Shown: piece after piece, positions 36,609-40,524 of the stretch
Layout: each line of letters starts with the position of its first letter
Numbering within the stretch: the stretch's first letter is position 1
From: Promethearchaeota archaeon
GTDB taxonomy: Archaea > Asgardarchaeota > Lokiarchaeia > Sigyniarchaeales > SOKP01
Direction: 5' to 3'
Length of the DNA: 40,524 bases
Assembly (NCBI GenBank): GCA_016839745.1
Contig: JAEOTS010000089.1
Location: 1 to 40,524 of the forward strand
Made by a program: the position numbers and the translations under genes
Notes under the pieces: generated by a model
What the model was told of the DNA's origin: nothing
Databases searched by the model: none
The model's input: only the letters and a program-made list of their open reading frames with translations

Positions 36609-38444
36609 TTGGAAGATTACGAACTATTTAATAGAAATACTCAAGCAATTATTTACGGATTTCAGAGGAATCCAATTCAAAGAATGCTTGATTTCGATTT
36701 TGTTAGTAAGAGAGAAAAACCGTCAGTAGCAGCAATAATTAGACCTACTCAAACAGCTGCGATTAGTTATCATAAAGTATTTTATGGTAGTACAGAAATC
36801 GTTGTACCGATATATAAAACGCTTGAATTAGCAATGAAAAAACATCCGAATGCCGATGTGATGATAAATTTCGCTTCATTTAGATCTTCCTATGAAACGA
36901 GTAAAGAAGCTCTTGAATCTAATACAATTAGAACTGTTGTAATCATAGCCGAGGGTATTCCTGAAAGATTAAGTCGAGATTTAATCAAAATCGCAAACGA
37001 GAGAAATAAAAATATTATCGGTCCAGCTACCGTAGGGGGAATTGTAGCGGGGGCTTTTAAGATAGGAAATACAGCGGGAACACTTGAAAATATAAGACTT
37101 TCCAAGCTTTATCGTCCAGGATCCGTTGGATTCGTATCAAAGTCAGGTGGTTTAAGCAACGAAATGAACTTTATGATAAGCCAAACAACAGATGGCATAT
37201 ACGAGGGCATTGCTATAGGCGGGGATCGCTTTCCTGGTTCGAAATTAATCGATCATCTCATGCGATACGAAGCAAATCCCAAAATTAAAATGCTAGTAGC
37301 ATTAGGTGAGATTGGTGGAACCGACGAATATGCGATAGTGGATAGACTAAAAAGCGGGAAAATAACAAAACCGATAGTTGTGTGGGTAACTGGAACAGCA
37401 GCAAAGATTCTTCCTAAAGGATTACAGTTTGGTCACGCAGGAGCTATGGCAGACAGTTCAAAGGAGACTGCTGACGCAAAAAACCGAGCGTTAAGAGAAG
37501 CTGGTGCTATTGTCCCTGACTCGTACGAAGATTTAGACAAAGAAATTAGAAAAACATTCGATAAACTAAAACAAGAGGGTAAAATACCTCCTATTGAGGA
37601 TTTCGAACCTCCAGAAGTTCCATTAGATTTTAACACAGCTGTGAGGCTAGGGAAAGTAAGAAGACCAACCGATGTTATAGTAACTATATCTGACGATAGA
37701 GGGGATGTACCTACTTTTGCTGGTGTTGGATTAGATACAATTATTAAAAATAATAAATCAATTGGATATGTAATAGGGTTATTGTGGTTTAAAAGAGAAT
37801 TACCCTCTTTTGCACAAGATTACATTGAAATGGTTATCAAATTGACAGCTGACCACGGTCCAGCAGTTTCAGGCGCTCACAATGCAATCATCACAGCCCG
37901 CGCAGGTAAAGATTTGATGGCTTCACTTGCGGCAGGAATTCTTACTATCGGCCCGAGGTTCGGTGGAGCAATTTCAAACGCTGCAAAATACTTTAGAGAA
38001 GCCTTACAACAAGGAATGACTCCGTTAGAATTTATGGGATATATGAAAAATGTAGTCAAAATTAATATCCCTGGTATTGGACATAGAATAAAATCTGTTC
38101 AAAATCCTGATGTCAGAGTCCAGTTATTAAAGGAGTTTGTGCTTAAAAATTTTGAAAAACATCCTCACCTCGATTACGCTTTAGAAGTTGAAAAACTTAC
38201 TACATCCAAAAGAAATAACCTTATCCTCAATGTGGACGGTTGTATCGGAATTTGCTTTCTTGATTTATTAGAGAATCTAGATTTTACTAAAGAAGAAATT
38301 GAAGATGTAATCCATAGTGAAGCGTTGAATGGTCTTTTCGTGCTTGGGCGATCAATCGGAATGATGGGGCATGTATTTGATCAGAAGCGTCAGAGAGCTG
38401 GGTTATTCCGACAACCTTGGGACGAGATTCTGTTCACCGATTAG
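36609..38444 (+). CDS. aclA: ATP-citrate lyase alpha subunit (CoA-binding, phospho-His and citryl-CoA lyase domains)
   Basis: 611 aa; QRMLDFD, NFASFRS, IGPATVGG, QFGHAGA, ADHGPAVSGAHN, PGIGHR, LILNVDG. Confidence 0.95.
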   Translation: MEDYELFNRNTQAIIYGFQRNPIQRMLDFDFVSKREKPSVAAIIRPTQTAAISYHKVFYGSTEIVVPIYKTLELAMKKHPNADVMINFASFRSSYETSKEALESNTIRTVVIIAEGIPERLSRDLIKIANERNKNIIGPATVGGIVAGAFKIGNTAGTLENIRLSKLYRPGSVGFVSKSGGLSNEMNFMISQTTDGIYEGIAIGGDRFPGSKLIDHLMRYEANPKIKMLVALGEIGGTDEYAIVDRLKSGKITKPIVVWVTGTAAKILPKGLQFGHAGAMADSSKETADAKNRALREAGAIVPDSYEDLDKEIRKTFDKLKQEGKIPPIEDFEPPEVPLDFNTAVRLGKVRRPTDVIVTISDDRGDVPTFAGVGLDTIIKNNKSIGYVIGLLWFKRELPSFAQDYIEMVIKLTADHGPAVSGAHNAIITARAGKDLMASLAAGILTIGPRFGGAISNAAKYFREALQQGMTPLEFMGYMKNVVKINIPGIGHRIKSVQNPDVRVQLLKEFVLKNFEKHPHLDYALEVEKLTTSKRNNLILNVDGCIGICFLDLLENLDFTKEEIEDVIHSEALNGLFVLGRSIGMMGHVFDQKRQRAGLFRQPWDEILFTD

Positions 38445-38447
38445 AGG

Positions 38448-38466
38448 GTTTTTTTTTTATTTTTTG
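38448..38466 (+). terminator. Oligo-T tract after aclA
   Basis: T11-A-T6 directly after the aclA stop, between convergent genes. Confidence 0.55.
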
Positions 38467-39246
38467 TTAATTATCATTATCCTTTTTTTCTTCATATCCT
38501 GAACCATAAGGTAAACCAAATATTCCCTTCTTGATCATAGGAGCGTGAAAGATACCTTTAGCCCATGGAGCAGGAAATTTTTGAGCAATAGCTGATGAAA
38601 CTAATGCAACTATAAAGATTAAAATAAATAGCATATAATTTCCCCATAATGTAAGATAACCCAAACTTATAGTCACATTAGGTAGATGACAGACGATAGT
38701 TTTAACCATAATCGATCTAGGTGTGTCATGCTCGGGACTTACATAAATATCCCAGAAATAAGCTTGGATTAGAAATTGCCATATTCCAATACAGACATAG
38801 CTTAAAAGGTAGATTACCCAAGAAGGGAAACCTGTTAAACTCCAAAGGTGATAAAATGACAGAACCAGCCCACCCGTACTAAATCCCCAAATTAGGCCAA
38901 ATACGGTTTCGGGACCGAGACTATATTTTCTATCGAATGTTAGAGTGCTTCGAGGCCAGATAATCACATACGCTACTACTACATAAATATAGCAAATGAC
39001 TAGATATAATATCCAAAATGGATTAGAAACCTGCTCCGCGGTGAATATCGGTCTTATAATTATTTGTTCTAGCGTACCTGAGGCGGCAATAAATATGTTG
39101 CAGAAAGAGAAATAGATAAATGCTCGGTTCCATGCAGCAGCCGGCTTCCAAACATTAATTGGAAGCTTTATAAATTTAAAAATGTAAATTCCTACCAAAA
39201 TTCCACCGAGAATGGCAAAAGAGATTATATAGCCAAGTATAAACAT
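38467..39246 (-). CDS. Hypothetical integral membrane protein (about 7 TM)
   Basis: 259 aa, strongly hydrophobic; polar motif YFWDIYVSPEHD...CHLPN. Confidence 0.75.
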   Translation of the reverse strand: MFILGYIISFAILGGILVGIYIFKFIKLPINVWKPAAAWNRAFIYFSFCNIFIAASGTLEQIIIRPIFTAEQVSNPFWILYLVICYIYVVVAYVIIWPRSTLTFDRKYSLGPETVFGLIWGFSTGGLVLSFYHLWSLTGFPSWVIYLLSYVCIGIWQFLIQAYFWDIYVSPEHDTPRSIMVKTIVCHLPNVTISLGYLTLWGNYMLFILIFIVALVSSAIAQKFPAPWAKGIFHAPMIKKGIFGLPYGSGYEEKKDNDN

Positions 39247-39451
39247 TTTAAACCTCGAAAAAGTAATTCAGTATTTAATCTGAAACGGTTTTATTTCTTA
39301 AATTAATATATTGATCCCTTTATTTTAAATCTCGGGGAGAAATATGGGAGAAACTAAGGCTATTTTCGATATATACAAATTTTTTAAGAGATTAGAAATT
39401 CAAATTATTATCAAAAATAACTATTAAATTTTTCAAAATGTGATGAAACTC

Positions 39452-40524
39452 ATGAGTAAATCGAATGAAAAAATAATCTACACAATTGTGGATGAAGCCC
39501 CACGGTTAGCTACCTACTCTTTCCTCCCAATTGTGAAAAAATTCGCGAGTGCAGCAGGAATCCGCGTAGAAACAAGGAATATTTCTCTGGCGGGTCGAAT
39601 TCTCGCAAATTTCCCGGAATATTTGACAGAAGAACAAAAACAATCCGATGATTTGAAGGAGATTGGAGTTCTGGTTAAAAAACCCGAAGCTAATATCATT
39701 AAACTTCCAAATATTAGTGCTTCAATCCCACAAATTAATGCAGCTGTTAAAGAACTCCAAGAAAAGGGATATAATGTCCCCGATTATCCAATTGATCCGA
39801 AAACCGATGAAGAAAAGGCGATCCTGAAGAAATTTAATATTGTGAAGGGAAGTGCTGTAAACCCAGTAACACGCATGGGAAATTCAGATAGGAGAGTTCC
39901 TGGACCAGTCAAAAATTTTGCGAAAAAAAATCCGCATTCTATGGGTATTTGGAGAAAAGACTCCAAATCTCATGTAGCTACCATAAAGGAAGGTGACCTA
40001 AGATCAACCGAAATCTCAACTACCATTACAGAACAAACGGCAGGCAATGCAACCATTGAATTTATCGACACTACGGGTCAGAAAACAGTTTTGATGGACA
40101 GATTGGCTTTAATTCCAGGTGAAATCATAGATGCTTCTACAATGAGCAAGAAATTGCTTAGATCATTCTTGGAAGAACAGATCAAAGATGCTAAAGAACA
40201 GGATATTTTATTTTCGGTTCATCTGAAGGCAACCATGATGAAGGTCTCCGATCCAATCATATTCGGCCATGTTGCATCGATCTATTTCAAAGATGTATAT
40301 GAAAAATATGCAGAAACCTTCAAACAGCTTGCAATTAGCCCTCGAAATGGTCTGGGTGAACTATACGCTAAAATTAAAGAATTACCCTCTGAGAAGCAAA
40401 AAGAAATTATTGATGATATCGAGGCTTGCTACGCGACTCGACCAAGATTAGCGATGGTAGATTCTGACAAAGGGATAACCAATTTACATGTCCCCTCCGA
40501 TGTGATTATCGATGCATCAATGCC
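39452..40524 (+). CDS. icd: Monomeric NADP-dependent isocitrate dehydrogenase, truncated by window edge
   Basis: Not in the ORF track. Hand translation: [28 protein letters not shown]...[13 protein letters not shown]...[11 protein letters not shown]...[16 protein letters not shown]...[19 protein letters not shown]...[25 protein letters not shown]. Confidence 0.95.
   Translation, partial: MSKSNEKIIYTIVDEAPRLATYSFLPIVKKFASAAGIRVETRNISLAGRILANFPEYLTEEQKQSDDLKEIGVLVKKPEANIIKLPNISASIPQINAAVKELQEKGYNVPDYPIDPKTDEEKAILKKFNIVKGSAVNPVTRMGNSDRRVPGPVKNFAKKNPHSMGIWRKDSKSHVATIKEGDLRSTEISTTITEQTAGNATIEFIDTTGQKTVLMDRLALIPGEIIDASTMSKKLLRSFLEEQIKDAKEQDILFSVHLKATMMKVSDPIIFGHVASIYFKDVYEKYAETFKQLAISPRNGLGELYAKIKELPSEKQKEIIDDIEACYATRPRLAMVDSDKGITNLHVPSDVIIDASM

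Noticed and set aside
36595-36615. Programmed frameshift or readthrough fusing aclB and aclA
   Set aside because: No slippery sequence is evident, and a good Shine-Dalgarno precedes the aclA TTG, so separate initiation is simpler.
448-40451. Numerous short ORFs in the track (e.g. 448..687, 6988..7479, 10702..11004, 18907..19215, 26457..26750, 39514..39699, 40269..40451)
   Set aside because: They lie antisense or out of frame within well-supported genes and show no recognisable motifs.
1-40524. CRISPR arrays, tRNA/rRNA genes, IS elements, Sec/Pyl recoding
   Set aside because: No regularly spaced repeats, long GC-rich structural RNA segments, transposases or in-frame stops splitting conserved domains were seen by eye.

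Overview
AT-rich prokaryotic window with no rRNA, tRNA, CRISPR array or mobile element. Oligo-T terminators, TATA-like promoters, frequent TTG/GTG starts and the gene content suggest an anaerobic archaeon, probably Asgard/Lokiarchaeia (inference, no marker gene present). The window is dominated by a dense citric-acid-cycle cluster: two different aconitases, two tandem citrate synthases, class II fumarase, SdhA/SdhB without anchor subunits, two-subunit ATP-citrate lyase and a monomeric NADP isocitrate dehydrogenase running off the right end. No canonical malate dehydrogenase or intact 2-oxoglutarate-oxidising enzyme is visible. An FMN-dependent alpha-hydroxy-acid dehydrogenase sits directly between fumC and the citrate synthases and is a candidate non-canonical malate dehydrogenase. 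A rubredoxin-fused ThDP enzyme sits next to sdhB. An unannotated remnant of a 2-oxoacid:ferredoxin oxidoreductase beta subunit is also present. Other genes: GH2 beta-glucuronidase, a 2-hydroxyacyl-CoA dehydratase pair led by an ATA-initiated SCP2-like gene, a HypD-type glycyl radical enzyme, a sulfatase-fold protein with Thr at the nucleophile site, tandem membrane-anchored CapA-family metallophosphoesterases, a GPH-family MFS transporter and a double-SH3 protein. All family calls are from motif recognition by eye, not database searches.
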